Shown: positions 40,401 through 50,707 of the stretch, piece after piece
How positions within the stretch are numbered: position 1 is the stretch's first letter
How the letters are laid out: the number at the start of each line of letters is the position of its first letter
Source of the DNA: Sedimentisphaerales bacterium
Lineage (GTDB): Bacteria; Planctomycetota; Phycisphaerae; Sedimentisphaerales; SM23-30
Direction: 5' to 3' (one strand)
DNA length: 64,000 nucleotides
Assembly: GCA_963666285.1 (NCBI GenBank)
Contig: OY762711.1
Made by a program: the position numbers and the translations under genes
Notes under the pieces: model-generated
The model's database searches: none
What the model saw: only the letters and a program-made list of their open reading frames with translations
Told to the model about the DNA's origin: nothing

Positions 40401-40654
40401 TCGGTCACGGCACCCCATTCCAGGATAACCAGGGAAGATGGTGGTGTACTGCTTTCTATAATGGTAACGTACCACCTGTCAGCTCTGTAAACATCCAGTC
40501 CCGCGACCTGAGTACTACTGCTTATACAATTAACCAGCGAGGAACAACCTTAGTTCCACTAGAGGTTAAACTGCTGGATAATGGTGAACTGTATATTCGA
40601 GCCAAGGACCCGGCATATGCTGTACCCGGACCAGACGAATATCAAAAATTCTAA
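37496..40654 (+). CDS. Arylsulfatase (S1, Cys-type) fused to a LamG-like domain and a GH43-like beta-propeller
   Basis: RPNVLIILADDLGY, CCPSRASLMTG, GKWH, FLSDNG; then IRDPYI, WAPELH, DPSLFKDDDG, GHEG, GHGTPF. Confidence 0.88.
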   Translation: MKKSQIVLYLLTLLSTLVNNLPADNRPNVLIILADDLGYSDLSCYGSEIPTPNLDKVAANGTRFKSFYTSARCCPSRASLMTGLHPHQAGIGSFTFDSPRPNMGPAFTGHLLPNCVTLAEILGDAGYSTWMVGKWHIGIPGPIKRGFQNYYGFKNFLAHSEDQWDQDKYVRLPQDVEPELQYNNNDFYVTDVFSDYVCEFLSQAEKQDKPFFMYLAYSSPHFPVQAPKETIDKYYNTYMQGWDKLRAERLAKQKKLGLFGPEVKLPPRSLVPVDRDDIANGYAGKLNPAWDDLELDRQKDLARRMATFAAMVEHVDQGVGRVVEQLKKSGKLDNTLILFLSDNGACYEWGPFGFDGTSRAGYTRLHKGTELDQIGQFGTHHSYGSAWANLGNTPLNMYKHYCHEGGLSSPLIFSWPKMLKNTGRWINDPAHLMDIVPTILEATGAEYPEYRNMIKIQPMEGVSLLNAAKGNRMETRMIPFDHQGAHGLRWGKWKIVWSKRQPTPVTWELYDLDIDPSEQINLAGQHPDLVKKLVTDWEKWAVKVGVEGYWKDTDTSDASPEIANKEIHISVEANPDNGGNGGVIIAHGGNRYGYAVYISEGKAVFDVRIDGKITSVTWPEPVSNKVRIEAVLAKDIMSISVNNSPAIEIDSPGLIPVQPLDPMTVGEDTLSAAGNYYTPNKFEGTVIYTRIIADGNPPAVMPAMSKKQVRDGLKSHNRALYVLEGWIRDPYIIKGPDNYFYLTGTTPNPGDPREQSDPYNTGLGDESLVGWKAQVWRSKNLVKWEYLGTPFTLQDGIWYTDRPERFNEVDQLQWRLWAPELHWLGDRWALVHTSPSPVNAANLALSNGSEVAGPWENPMGTKIKRKHDPSLFKDDDGTWWMIWGATEIAPLKPDFSDFAGPSIRIRPAGDMAKMGHEGCLIQKIHGKYVLFGTGWSTTKGRRGSYNLYYATADKITGPYSERKFAGRFLGHGTPFQDNQGRWWCTAFYNGNVPPVSSVNIQSRDLSTTAYTINQRGTTLVPLEVKLLDNGELYIRAKDPAYAVPGPDEYQKF

Positions 40655-40677
40655 GATACGATTTAACCAAATCACCT

Positions 40678-40707
40678 AAAGGTCTGTCGGAATAACCACA
40701 GACCTTT
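40678..40707. terminator. Terminator hairpin between convergent genes
   Basis: AAAGGTCTGT-10 nt-ACAGACCTTT. Confidence 0.65.
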
Positions 40708-41683
40708 ATTTTTTCCTAACCAGCAAATGATCAATATTTAACGAATACACATTTGCAGCTTTCAAATCATCCAGAAAACGCATGCCATCCTGATAGTAAC
40801 CAGCTGTCGGCTTAAGGCCGGTAACCCTAGAAATGAAATATTTATTCAGCTGTTCAACCATAATTTCACGTACTAACTTACTTATCAGCGACGCAAGCGC
40901 TACCGTAAGCTGCTTCTGATCTCCCTTGGCAATAAAATGTGTTTTCATCGAACGTTTACCATCCACAATATGGTAACTACTCAGATGTGGTGTACGTTTC
41001 AATTCATTAATTTGAGCATATGGAAAGATTTTTTGCAGCTTATCACGATAATTTGACCTGCCGCCCTGCTTATCTATGACTATATTCAGTTTTTCATGGC
41101 TGTAGTTTTCCCATGCATAAAAAATATGTTTACAGGCCTGGTTAAACAACACTACTGATTTATTGCCAGTTAATTCAACAGCATCATTATACTGTCCTAC
41201 CGGCATAGGAATGGCGTACATATACTCGATACTTATATTTAATTTTCGCATCGTGCGCCACATACTGCTTGCGGCAATAGAAATATCTGAATCATCATAT
41301 GACAGGTTCTCGGATAGCAGATTTTGATACCACAGATACCCGTTAAAACAATCTGGATTGTCAAAATTCAATAATTTTAAGAGTTCCCCAATACTTTTCG
41401 GTAATGGCATTTCAGCTGCTGATTCTGTTGCTGCTGCCCGACATGCTAAAACAGAACGAGCAAGCAATGAATAATCACCGGCAGAATGATGAAGTTTCTT
41501 ACTGTCATTAATTACTATCCTGCCTTTGCTGCCTTTTTTTGTCAGACTGACCGCATCTTCCAATAGCTGCCAAAGTGAAACAGATAGCACATCATCAGGA
41601 ACACGTATCGCAGATGATGAAACAACAAGCGGACCCAACAATGGTCCATATCCAGCTTCATCTATTCCTACTATTACTGCCAT
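40706..41683 (-). CDS. rnhB: Ribonuclease HII-family protein (planctomycete long type)
   Basis: GIDEAGYGPLLGPLVV, DSKKL, DKQGGR, KGD...VALASLISK..RE, AGY. Confidence 0.8.
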   Translation of the reverse strand: MAVIVGIDEAGYGPLLGPLVVSSSAIRVPDDVLSVSLWQLLEDAVSLTKKGSKGRIVINDSKKLHHSAGDYSLLARSVLACRAAATESAAEMPLPKSIGELLKLLNFDNPDCFNGYLWYQNLLSENLSYDDSDISIAASSMWRTMRKLNISIEYMYAIPMPVGQYNDAVELTGNKSVVLFNQACKHIFYAWENYSHEKLNIVIDKQGGRSNYRDKLQKIFPYAQINELKRTPHLSSYHIVDGKRSMKTHFIAKGDQKQLTVALASLISKLVREIMVEQLNKYFISRVTGLKPTAGYYQDGMRFLDDLKAANVYSLNIDHLLVRKK

Positions 41684-41698
41684 TTTACCAAACCACAA

Positions 41699-42613
41699 TT
41701 ACATTATTATTGATCGCCATCCACCTGCAGATACCATCCCCTGAAAAAGAACCCAACCCAGAGGAGCTGCAAAATAAGGAGAATCAATCAAATCCAGAAA
41801 ACCACCAAATTCCGGTATAAGGCTCGCCGAATCTTTTATTCCGGCATCTCGTTTGAACATACTCTCTACGATATCGCCAAACTGACCATAGACCGCCAGA
41901 ATACAACCAAAAACAATTGCTTCTGTTATGCTCAACAATGAAAAAGTATAAGTTCCAAGGCCTATGGCAATTATAGTTGAAAATAACATTCCGCCTGCTA
42001 GTCCTTCCCAGCTTTTACCCGGACTTATACTTGGCACTATCTTTGTTTTTCCAAGTTTCCTGCCTATCAGGTATGCCCCTATATCGGTTCCTTTTACTAC
42101 CGCCAGAAAAGTAATTATATATCCCGACTGTAAGGCAAAACTGTTTGAATAAAAATCAAACAGCCTCATCTGGATAAGAAAATACCCGCCAAAACCTATA
42201 TAAATATATCCGAATACTGTTGCAGCAATATTTGCTATAGCACCTTCTGTTCTATATCTTCTGGCCTGCTGGATAGCAGCTAAAAGAAACACCAGCATAA
42301 CAAACAATGCCAGATGCAAATGTTCATGAGGGTTTTGTTTATGAAATGGTATTGCGGTAATCAGAAATAATCCCATAATTGCAGGAAAACAGAATATCTT
42401 GATATTTCTTCCTGCCGCAAGCTTTCGCAGCTCAAGGACACAAAATATACTAACAATCAATACCAAGCCGGCAAATCCAAGGCCGATATTGGCGGCATTA
42501 CTGAAACACCAGTAACCTTTAGCACTTGCATACCCATCTAATATCAATCCGGCTGCCAGTATGACAACCATGATTGTACCGAAGAATAATCTTTTTGCGT
42601 ATTTGGAATCCAT
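41699..42613 (-). CDS. cdsA: Phosphatidate cytidylyltransferase
   Basis: DIGAYLIG, ISPGKSWEG, GDIVESMFKRDAGIKDS...GGFLDLIDS. Confidence 0.93.
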   Translation of the reverse strand: MDSKYAKRLFFGTIMVVILAAGLILDGYASAKGYWCFSNAANIGLGFAGLVLIVSIFCVLELRKLAAGRNIKIFCFPAIMGLFLITAIPFHKQNPHEHLHLALFVMLVFLLAAIQQARRYRTEGAIANIAATVFGYIYIGFGGYFLIQMRLFDFYSNSFALQSGYIITFLAVVKGTDIGAYLIGRKLGKTKIVPSISPGKSWEGLAGGMLFSTIIAIGLGTYTFSLLSITEAIVFGCILAVYGQFGDIVESMFKRDAGIKDSASLIPEFGGFLDLIDSPYFAAPLGWVLFQGMVSAGGWRSIIM

Positions 42614-42674
42614 AGTTTAGGGATTGTTGTTAGAAGAATATTATATATACTGCCTGTTATAAACTACTAGGAGA

Positions 42675-43427
42675 TTATTTTGCCAAACCGCCGAACCTGC
42701 GGTTCCTGGTAGAGTACTCTCTTATTGCTTCATGCAAAGCTTCTGTATTAAAATCAGGCCAGTGGATATCGGTTACATAAAATTCTGCATAGGCAATCTG
42801 CCACAGCAGGTAATTACTTATCCTCATTTCTCCTGATGTGCGGATAAGTAAATCTGGATCAGGTAATCCCGCCGTATCCAAATGATCACTTATCAACTGC
42901 TCATCAATCTGCGATACATCCAATTCGCCGCTTTTGATTTCAGCTGCTATTTTTTTGAATGCACAAATCAGTTCTGCCCTACCTGAATAATTCAATGCCA
43001 GGCAAAAAGTCATCCCGGTATTATCTTTACTCATGCGTATGGTCTCATGCAGCTCTTTCAAGACAAAATCTGGCAGATTGTCTTCCAGTCCGACATGACG
43101 CACACGGATATTTTTAGACATGATTGTCGGACGCTCTTCAACAAGATACTTCGCATATAACTGCATCAAACCGGCTATTTCTTCTTTTGGACGGCGCCAG
43201 TTTTCTGTACTAAACGAATATAGCGTCAAAGCTTCAATACCCAGGTCTGCACAATCGACAATTGTCTTTCGTACAGAATTACTGCCGGCTGCATGACCTT
43301 TTAAGCGAGGCTTGCCCTGGGCTTGTGCCCAACGACCATTACCATCCATAATTATCGCTATATGTCTCGGAATCTTCTCATATGGAATTCCGATAATAGG
43401 ATTTACATTTTCAGAATTTTCTATCAT
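42675..43427 (-). CDS. uppS: Undecaprenyl diphosphate synthase
   Basis: HIAIIMDGNGRWA, FSTENWRRP, DLLIRTSGEMRISNYLLWQ. Confidence 0.96.
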   Translation of the reverse strand: MIENSENVNPIIGIPYEKIPRHIAIIMDGNGRWAQAQGKPRLKGHAAGSNSVRKTIVDCADLGIEALTLYSFSTENWRRPKEEIAGLMQLYAKYLVEERPTIMSKNIRVRHVGLEDNLPDFVLKELHETIRMSKDNTGMTFCLALNYSGRAELICAFKKIAAEIKSGELDVSQIDEQLISDHLDTAGLPDPDLLIRTSGEMRISNYLLWQIAYAEFYVTDIHWPDFNTEALHEAIREYSTRNRRFGGLAK

Positions 43428-43479
43428 AAATCTTTTCGTATTTTCTGGTATTCACCGGGGCTTGCTTATAATCTAAGCG

Positions 43480-44775
<1,296 letters not shown>

Positions 44776-44971
44776 TTAATCTTAAGTGTTTAAATACTAT
44801 TTACTTTCTTACCTCGCAGTACTTTCCCAAGTATGCGCAACAAGCATAACAGTATAAACTGAAACATACAAAAGGTCAAGAATGTTATCATACGGTTAAT
44901 TCATATTTGACCTTCTGGGGCAACATAGTATAATCCAAATCTTATTAGTACCTTAATAACCGATATTAACG

Positions 44972-44988
44972 TGCAAATTCAATTTGCA
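44972..44988. promoter_or_regulatory. Palindromic operator-like site upstream of trxB
   Basis: Perfect TGCAAATT-C-AATTTGCA. Confidence 0.35.
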
Positions 44989-45077
44989 ATTTGAAAAACA
45001 AACAAATCATCGTTATAATCCGTATATTATTGTAATACAAAAAGACTAAACTATAACTTATTATGAAAGAATGAGAT

Positions 45078-46028
45078 ATGGATACAATTCAAAAAGATCT
45101 GGTTATTGTTGGCGGCGGACCTGCCGGTCTGGCCGCGGCGCTTTACGGCGCTAGAAACAGGTATGATACTGTTGTTATTGAAAAATTCGCTCCTGGCGGT
45201 CAAATAAATCTTACCCATCTTATCGAAAACTACCCCGGTATTGACGCTATCGGTGGCGCAGACATGTCAATGGCTTTATACCAGCAGGCACAAAAATTCA
45301 ATGCTGAAATCGCTATGGGAGTAGAAACAAAGGGATTAAAGAAACTCGATAATGGAAAAATTGAGGTTACTACTTCCGGAAAAACCTATATTGCAAAAGT
45401 TGTCATTCTTGCTCCAGGCAGCAGCTATCGCAAACTCGGTGTTCCAGGGGAAGAGAAATTCACTGGTACCGGTGTCTGCTATTGCGGACCTTGCGATGGT
45501 CCATTCTTCAAGGACAAAGAAGTTATTGCCGTTGGCGGCGGTAATGTCGCTGTTGAAGATGCTATCTTTTTATCAAAATATTGTAAAAAGGTCACACTAG
45601 TTCACCGACGTGACCAATTCAGAGCTGAACCCATACTTGTTGAGGAGCTTCTGGAAAAATCGAAAGAAGGCATCATACACATCAAATATGATTCTGTCGT
45701 TACCGGCATCAACGGAGACAGCAAAGTAGAATCTGCTACTATAAAAAATGTCAAAACTGACCAGGAAGAAGATTACCCTTGTGATGGTGTTTTTGTTTTC
45801 GTTGGTACACTGCCAAATACTGACTTCTTAAAAGGCATTGTTGATCTCGACGATAGCGGATTTATCAAATGCGACCCTGCCGACTTAAGCACTTCCATGC
45901 CGGGAGTATTTGTAGCTGGAGACTGTCGCGTTGGTGCTGCCATGCAGCTTGCTACTGCCATCGGCGATGGTGTCGGTGCAACAATTTATATGAAGCAATA
46001 TTTACAGCAAAACGCTGCTCAATGGTAA
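45078..46028 (+). CDS. trxB: Thioredoxin-disulfide reductase
   Basis: GGGPAG, IENYPG, YCGPCDG, VGGGNVA, HRRDQFRA, AGDCR. Confidence 0.92.
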   Translation: MDTIQKDLVIVGGGPAGLAAALYGARNRYDTVVIEKFAPGGQINLTHLIENYPGIDAIGGADMSMALYQQAQKFNAEIAMGVETKGLKKLDNGKIEVTTSGKTYIAKVVILAPGSSYRKLGVPGEEKFTGTGVCYCGPCDGPFFKDKEVIAVGGGNVAVEDAIFLSKYCKKVTLVHRRDQFRAEPILVEELLEKSKEGIIHIKYDSVVTGINGDSKVESATIKNVKTDQEEDYPCDGVFVFVGTLPNTDFLKGIVDLDDSGFIKCDPADLSTSMPGVFVAGDCRVGAAMQLATAIGDGVGATIYMKQYLQQNAAQW

Positions 46029-46082
46029 TATTAAAGATATTTAACTCAATTTAAAACTAAAAGAATATATATAACTAAGAAT

Positions 46083-47459
46083 ATGTACGATAGAGATAAT
46101 TTAACACCCACTGAAATAGTGGCCGAACTGGATAGGTTTATTATTGGTCAAAATGACGCTAAACGTGCTGTTGCCATTGCTATGCGTAACAGGCGGCGAA
46201 GACAACAACTCGGCGAAGATATCAGAAATGAAGTAGCCCCTAAAAATATCATTATGGCCGGCCCTACCGGCGTTGGCAAAACTGAAATTGCTCGAAGACT
46301 TGCAAAACTCGTCAAAGCTCCTTTTGTAAAAGTTGAGGCAACTAAATTTACAGAAGTTGGATACGTTGGCAAAGATGTAGAAAGCATGGTTCGTGATCTT
46401 GTCGAACGATCAATTCGTATCGTCCATGATGAAATGAGCGTTGTTCACGAAGAAAAAGCCGCCGCCGCTGTTGAAGAAATAGTTATTGACAAACTCCTAC
46501 CTGTTCCCGTATCACCAATGGGCAGTTCCGACGAAGAACTTGCCGAGATTGAAGAAAGATACGAGAGAAGCCGCAGCAAACTCCGCGAGCAGCTTAAAAA
46601 CGGTGAACTTGATGACCGTGAAATTGAAATCACTGTCAGTAAAAAATCTGATGCTCCTATTAGTATATTTAGTAATATTGGTATGGACCAGCTTGAACCG
46701 CAGCTGCAGGATATGATCGACAGGATATCTCCTCCTTCAAAAGGATATAAAAAAGTTAAAATTTCCGTTGCCAAAAACATTATCAAACAACAGGAAATGG
46801 AAAAACTTATCGACAGGGAAAAAATGATTGAACAGGCTGTTGAACGTGCTGAACAGACCGGTATTATCTTCCTTGATGAAATTGATAAAGTCTGCTCCAG
46901 CAGTAATCTTGGCGGGGAAGTCTCGCGAGAAGGTGTGCAACGAGATCTATTACCTTTAGTTGAAGGTTGCAGTGTAAACACTAAACATGGTATTGTAAAA
47001 ACTGACCATATTCTTTTTATCGCTGCCGGTGCCTTCAGTAGCAACAAACCTTCTGACCTGATGCCTGAACTGCAGGGAAGGTTCCCTATTCGTGTTAAAC
47101 TCAAAGATCTTGGCGAAGAAGAATTTGCCAGGATATTAACCGAACCGAAAAGCTCTCTTACTACTCAACAGATAGCTCTCCTGCAAACTGAAGGTGTTGA
47201 ATTGGAATTTACTGAATGCGGCATCAAGGAAATGGCTAAAAAAGCCTTTGAAATTAACAGTAACCAGCAAAACATTGGTGCCAGAAGGCTTTACGCTATT
47301 ATGGAAAAAGTACTGGAAGAGGTTAGTTTTAATGCACCTGATAAATGCGAAAATAAATACATAGTCAATGCTGAGTTCGTTAACAATCAGCTCAAAAATG
47401 CTACTGATGATGAAGACTTGAATGTCTTTGGATTTGCTGCTGCTGTTAAAAAACAATAG
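46083..47459 (+). CDS. hslU: ATP-dependent protease ATPase subunit HslU
   Basis: IIGQNDAKRAVAIA, GPTGVGKTEIARR, EATKFTEVGYVG, DEIDK, VSREGVQRDLLP, ELQGRFP, NIGARRL. Confidence 0.96.
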   Translation: MYDRDNLTPTEIVAELDRFIIGQNDAKRAVAIAMRNRRRRQQLGEDIRNEVAPKNIIMAGPTGVGKTEIARRLAKLVKAPFVKVEATKFTEVGYVGKDVESMVRDLVERSIRIVHDEMSVVHEEKAAAAVEEIVIDKLLPVPVSPMGSSDEELAEIEERYERSRSKLREQLKNGELDDREIEITVSKKSDAPISIFSNIGMDQLEPQLQDMIDRISPPSKGYKKVKISVAKNIIKQQEMEKLIDREKMIEQAVERAEQTGIIFLDEIDKVCSSSNLGGEVSREGVQRDLLPLVEGCSVNTKHGIVKTDHILFIAAGAFSSNKPSDLMPELQGRFPIRVKLKDLGEEEFARILTEPKSSLTTQQIALLQTEGVELEFTECGIKEMAKKAFEINSNQQNIGARRLYAIMEKVLEEVSFNAPDKCENKYIVNAEFVNNQLKNATDDEDLNVFGFAAAVKKQ

Positions 47460-47504
47460 GATACTCAATGTATCTATTTTGACCATGTTTGGTAATAAGT
47501 AAAA

Positions 47505-48284
47505 ATGAATACTCAGTCTGACAAATTAGTTTACACTATTAAACAGCAGCTTGAATGCGAAAAGTTGCTGGGTGGAAAGTGGTTGCCAAAAGGTAACCCC
47601 AGAGATATTGATATTCCCGCCAATACAAATCCTCAGGATTCTGACACCTTAAACTTTATGACACCACAAGCCGAAGAAATAATGAACAAATCTCAAAAAC
47701 TTAAAAAAATTGCCGCAGAAGTATCTCAATGCAAAGCTTGCGAACTTCACGTTAACCGTACAAACGTTGTCCCTGGTGAAGGAAACGCAAATGCAAGGCT
47801 GGTATTTGTCGGTGAAGCACCCGGACAAAATGAAGATGAGCAGGGCCGACCATTCGTCGGAAGAGCGGGACAATTGCTGGAAAACATCATCCAGGCAATG
47901 GGATTAAAACGTACTGATGTTTATATTTGCAATATTTTAAAATGCCGCCCACCTGGCAACAGGGACCCGCTCATAGGCGAAGTTGAAGCTTGTAAACATT
48001 TTCTTTACGACCAGTTAAATACCTTAAAACCGGAAATCATCGTTGCGCTAGGCACACACGCTGCTCATAACCTCCTGGAAACTAAAACCCCTATAGGCCA
48101 ACTGAGGGGTTCTACCCATATTTACCACCCTGAAGGACTTAATGAACCTATCAAACTGGTAGCTACATACCATCCGGCATATTTATTAAGAAACTACACA
48201 AAAGATGCTCGACAAAAGGTTTGGACTGATATGCAATTAGTTCTAAAAGAATTAAATTTACCAATTCCTAAAAAAAGTTCTTAA
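47505..48284 (+). CDS. Uracil-DNA glycosylase family 4 (Fe-S type)
   Basis: CKACEL, VGEAPG, PFVGRAG, KCRPPGNR, TYHPAYLLR. Confidence 0.93.
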   Translation: MNTQSDKLVYTIKQQLECEKLLGGKWLPKGNPRDIDIPANTNPQDSDTLNFMTPQAEEIMNKSQKLKKIAAEVSQCKACELHVNRTNVVPGEGNANARLVFVGEAPGQNEDEQGRPFVGRAGQLLENIIQAMGLKRTDVYICNILKCRPPGNRDPLIGEVEACKHFLYDQLNTLKPEIIVALGTHAAHNLLETKTPIGQLRGSTHIYHPEGLNEPIKLVATYHPAYLLRNYTKDARQKVWTDMQLVLKELNLPIPKKSS

Positions 48285-48351
48285 CAAATCAGGTTTTTTT
48301 GTATATGATAATTTCTCTGGGAATAACCACAAAGATAATAAAGATACAGCT

Positions 48352-49512
48352 ATGCAAGAATTTGATTTTAGTATTATTAGGCATATTCGCCAGAAAAAAG
48401 GTATTAGTCAGGAGCATTTAGCTAATCAATGCGGTGTTTCAGTGCGTACGGTAATAAATGTTGAGCAGGGAAAGATTTCCCCTTCTCTCAATTCTATTAT
48501 TTATATGACTCAAGCACTCGACCTGAAACTTACTGATTTTATCAGGATGTCATATCAGGTTCCTCCCAGGATTATTAAATCTGAAAACGTTTCATACTCT
48601 TCTGTTCCAGGCATTGGCTTCAATCTTTTCGAATTTCAGGGGCTTTATCTTCTTCATATTAACCTCGACCCTCGAGAGGCAAAGATATCTAACAGATTCC
48701 CTCTATTTGACATTTATTTTCACTATATCGAAGGCGAAGAACTTGACTTTACTATTGATGGGGTCCTGCATAAACTCAATCCAGGCGATACTGTCTGTTA
48801 TGACGGTATGAGCTATAGAAATATTGCATGTAATACTCCTGGAAAAGCCATTGCTTTTGCCATTCCTCAAAATAACAATATTCAAGAAATTATTGGCATA
48901 AGCGATAAAAAACGATTATTGCAATTTATGGCTAAGCAGTACAAAGTGAATGAAACTCTTGAATCTGGCATGGATTTCTCCGTTATAAAAGTAATTCGCC
49001 AGGCACAAAAAATCAAACTTGAAACTCTTTCTGAACTTTCTGGTATTTCTATTCCTGCGATTTCTTCTATTGAACTTAATAAGAGAACTCCAACCTTATC
49101 CTCTTTATCTATGTTGGCCAAGGCTCTTAATGTTCGGTTAGACGATTTAATGGATTTCGCTTGGCACAAACCCGTAGAAAAGACTAGTCTCATTGATGTT
49201 CCGGAACCTGATAAATCTGAAATTGCAAAATCTGACCTGGTTTTTAACTTCACTGAAATCCATGGCATGCAATTGGCACACATAAGGAATACAAGCAAGG
49301 ATAATATTGCAACCTACCACGAAAAGACTCCTCTCATGGAGTCTCTTGTTACTGTCATTTCAGGTGAACTTACAACTCAAATCAATGGACAGGAATTTAC
49401 CTATAAAGATGGAGAAGGCCTGATTTTTGATGGAAATTTCGACAGAACTCAGGTTTGCTCACCTGGATTTGAAGGTTTTGCCATCAGGATTCCTAAAAGC
49501 ATACTTCGCTAG
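48352..49512 (+). CDS. XRE-family regulator with tandem (HTH-cupin)x2 architecture
   Basis: DFSIIRHIRQKKGISQEHLANQCGVSVRTVINVEQGKISPSL and DFSVIKVIRQAQKIKLETLSELSGISIPAISSIELNKRTPTL, each followed by a cupin-like segment (LNPGDTVCYDG; YKDGEGLIFDG). Confidence 0.8.
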   Translation: MQEFDFSIIRHIRQKKGISQEHLANQCGVSVRTVINVEQGKISPSLNSIIYMTQALDLKLTDFIRMSYQVPPRIIKSENVSYSSVPGIGFNLFEFQGLYLLHINLDPREAKISNRFPLFDIYFHYIEGEELDFTIDGVLHKLNPGDTVCYDGMSYRNIACNTPGKAIAFAIPQNNNIQEIIGISDKKRLLQFMAKQYKVNETLESGMDFSVIKVIRQAQKIKLETLSELSGISIPAISSIELNKRTPTLSSLSMLAKALNVRLDDLMDFAWHKPVEKTSLIDVPEPDKSEIAKSDLVFNFTEIHGMQLAHIRNTSKDNIATYHEKTPLMESLVTVISGELTTQINGQEFTYKDGEGLIFDGNFDRTQVCSPGFEGFAIRIPKSILR

Positions 49513-50705
49513 CCCAGGGATTCCAGCATTTTCAAATAACTTTCATAACGTCTGGCTAAAACATTATTAGCTGGTAAGGCAGCTTTTACTGCGCAGCCCG
49601 GTTCATGGGTATGAGTACAATTTGAATATTTGCAACTATCAGCAAACTGATCAAATTCATCAAAATACCAGCGGAGTTCCGAAGGTTCCATTTTCCATAA
49701 ACCAAAACCTCGGACTCCTGGCGTATCGATTATTGTTATGTCACCCGGTAAATGATATAGGTTGCTCCGAACCGTTGTGTGACGCCCTTTGCCGGTTGCT
49801 CTTTGAACTGTCCTGGTTTCTATCCCAAGTGCTGGATCGATAGCATTCAGAATAGAACTTTTGCCTACTCCGCTATGACCTACAAATACTGCCGGTTTGC
49901 CATATAGATGCTCTTTTAGCCTTTCAATATTCAGACCTGACTCAGCAGAACACTTTACGATATCAATACCTAACCGTCTGTATGCCTCAAGAGCTTCATC
50001 AATGCACATAACCTCTTCATCATTTTCTACCAGATCTATTTTATTCACACAGATCAATGGCTCAATTCCGCCTCGATTGATCGCCAGAAGGTACCTGTCT
50101 ATCAGGTTCGGATTGAGTGGAGGTGTATGTACTGAAGCTACAATTACCACAATATCAATATTTGTTACGATGACTCTTTCTAATCGCCTGTCATGCGGGT
50201 CGGGACGGCTCAAAACAGAATGTCGGGGCTCTACAGACTCGACTATATTTATTCCGTCAGAATTAACAGAGTACCTAATCCTGTCACCAACCGCAAGGTC
50301 ACTCTTTTGAGCCATTGCCAGTTCAGGCCTCAGCAGGCACTTCAAACGCTTATCCTGGTCTGTTACTATACTGCACTCACCTGCTTTTACTGTAATTACA
50401 ATACCCGGATGTGTCTCTTGGGCGGCATCGGTATTAGCCTCTTTTTTATCAAAATCCTCTTCGGCTAGAAGCTTCAATACCCAGTCTTCTAGCGAAACCG
50501 GCCCTTTAGACTTTAGCTTTTCTAAGCCGCCATCAATATGCTTTTTACCCTCGCGAAAACCTTTTGTTAAATCACCCCGGTTCTTACGATTTTGAGTTGC
50601 TGCGGCTTTACGTTTGCGGGCGGCCTGTTTATATAAACGTTGACGATCCGCCGGACTCAACGCATTCAGCTTTTCCTCTAATTTCTTTTTATCACTTTTG
50701 CGCAT
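49509..50705 (-). CDS. rsgA: Ribosome small subunit-dependent GTPase A
   Basis: AVGD, NKID, GHSGVGKSS, GRHTT, DTPG, CKYSNCTHTHEPGC; basic N-terminal extension. Confidence 0.94.
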   Translation of the reverse strand: MRKSDKKKLEEKLNALSPADRQRLYKQAARKRKAAATQNRKNRGDLTKGFREGKKHIDGGLEKLKSKGPVSLEDWVLKLLAEEDFDKKEANTDAAQETHPGIVITVKAGECSIVTDQDKRLKCLLRPELAMAQKSDLAVGDRIRYSVNSDGINIVESVEPRHSVLSRPDPHDRRLERVIVTNIDIVVIVASVHTPPLNPNLIDRYLLAINRGGIEPLICVNKIDLVENDEEVMCIDEALEAYRRLGIDIVKCSAESGLNIERLKEHLYGKPAVFVGHSGVGKSSILNAIDPALGIETRTVQRATGKGRHTTVRSNLYHLPGDITIIDTPGVRGFGLWKMEPSELRWYFDEFDQFADSCKYSNCTHTHEPGCAVKAALPANNVLARRYESYLKMLESLG

Positions 50706-50707
50706 AT

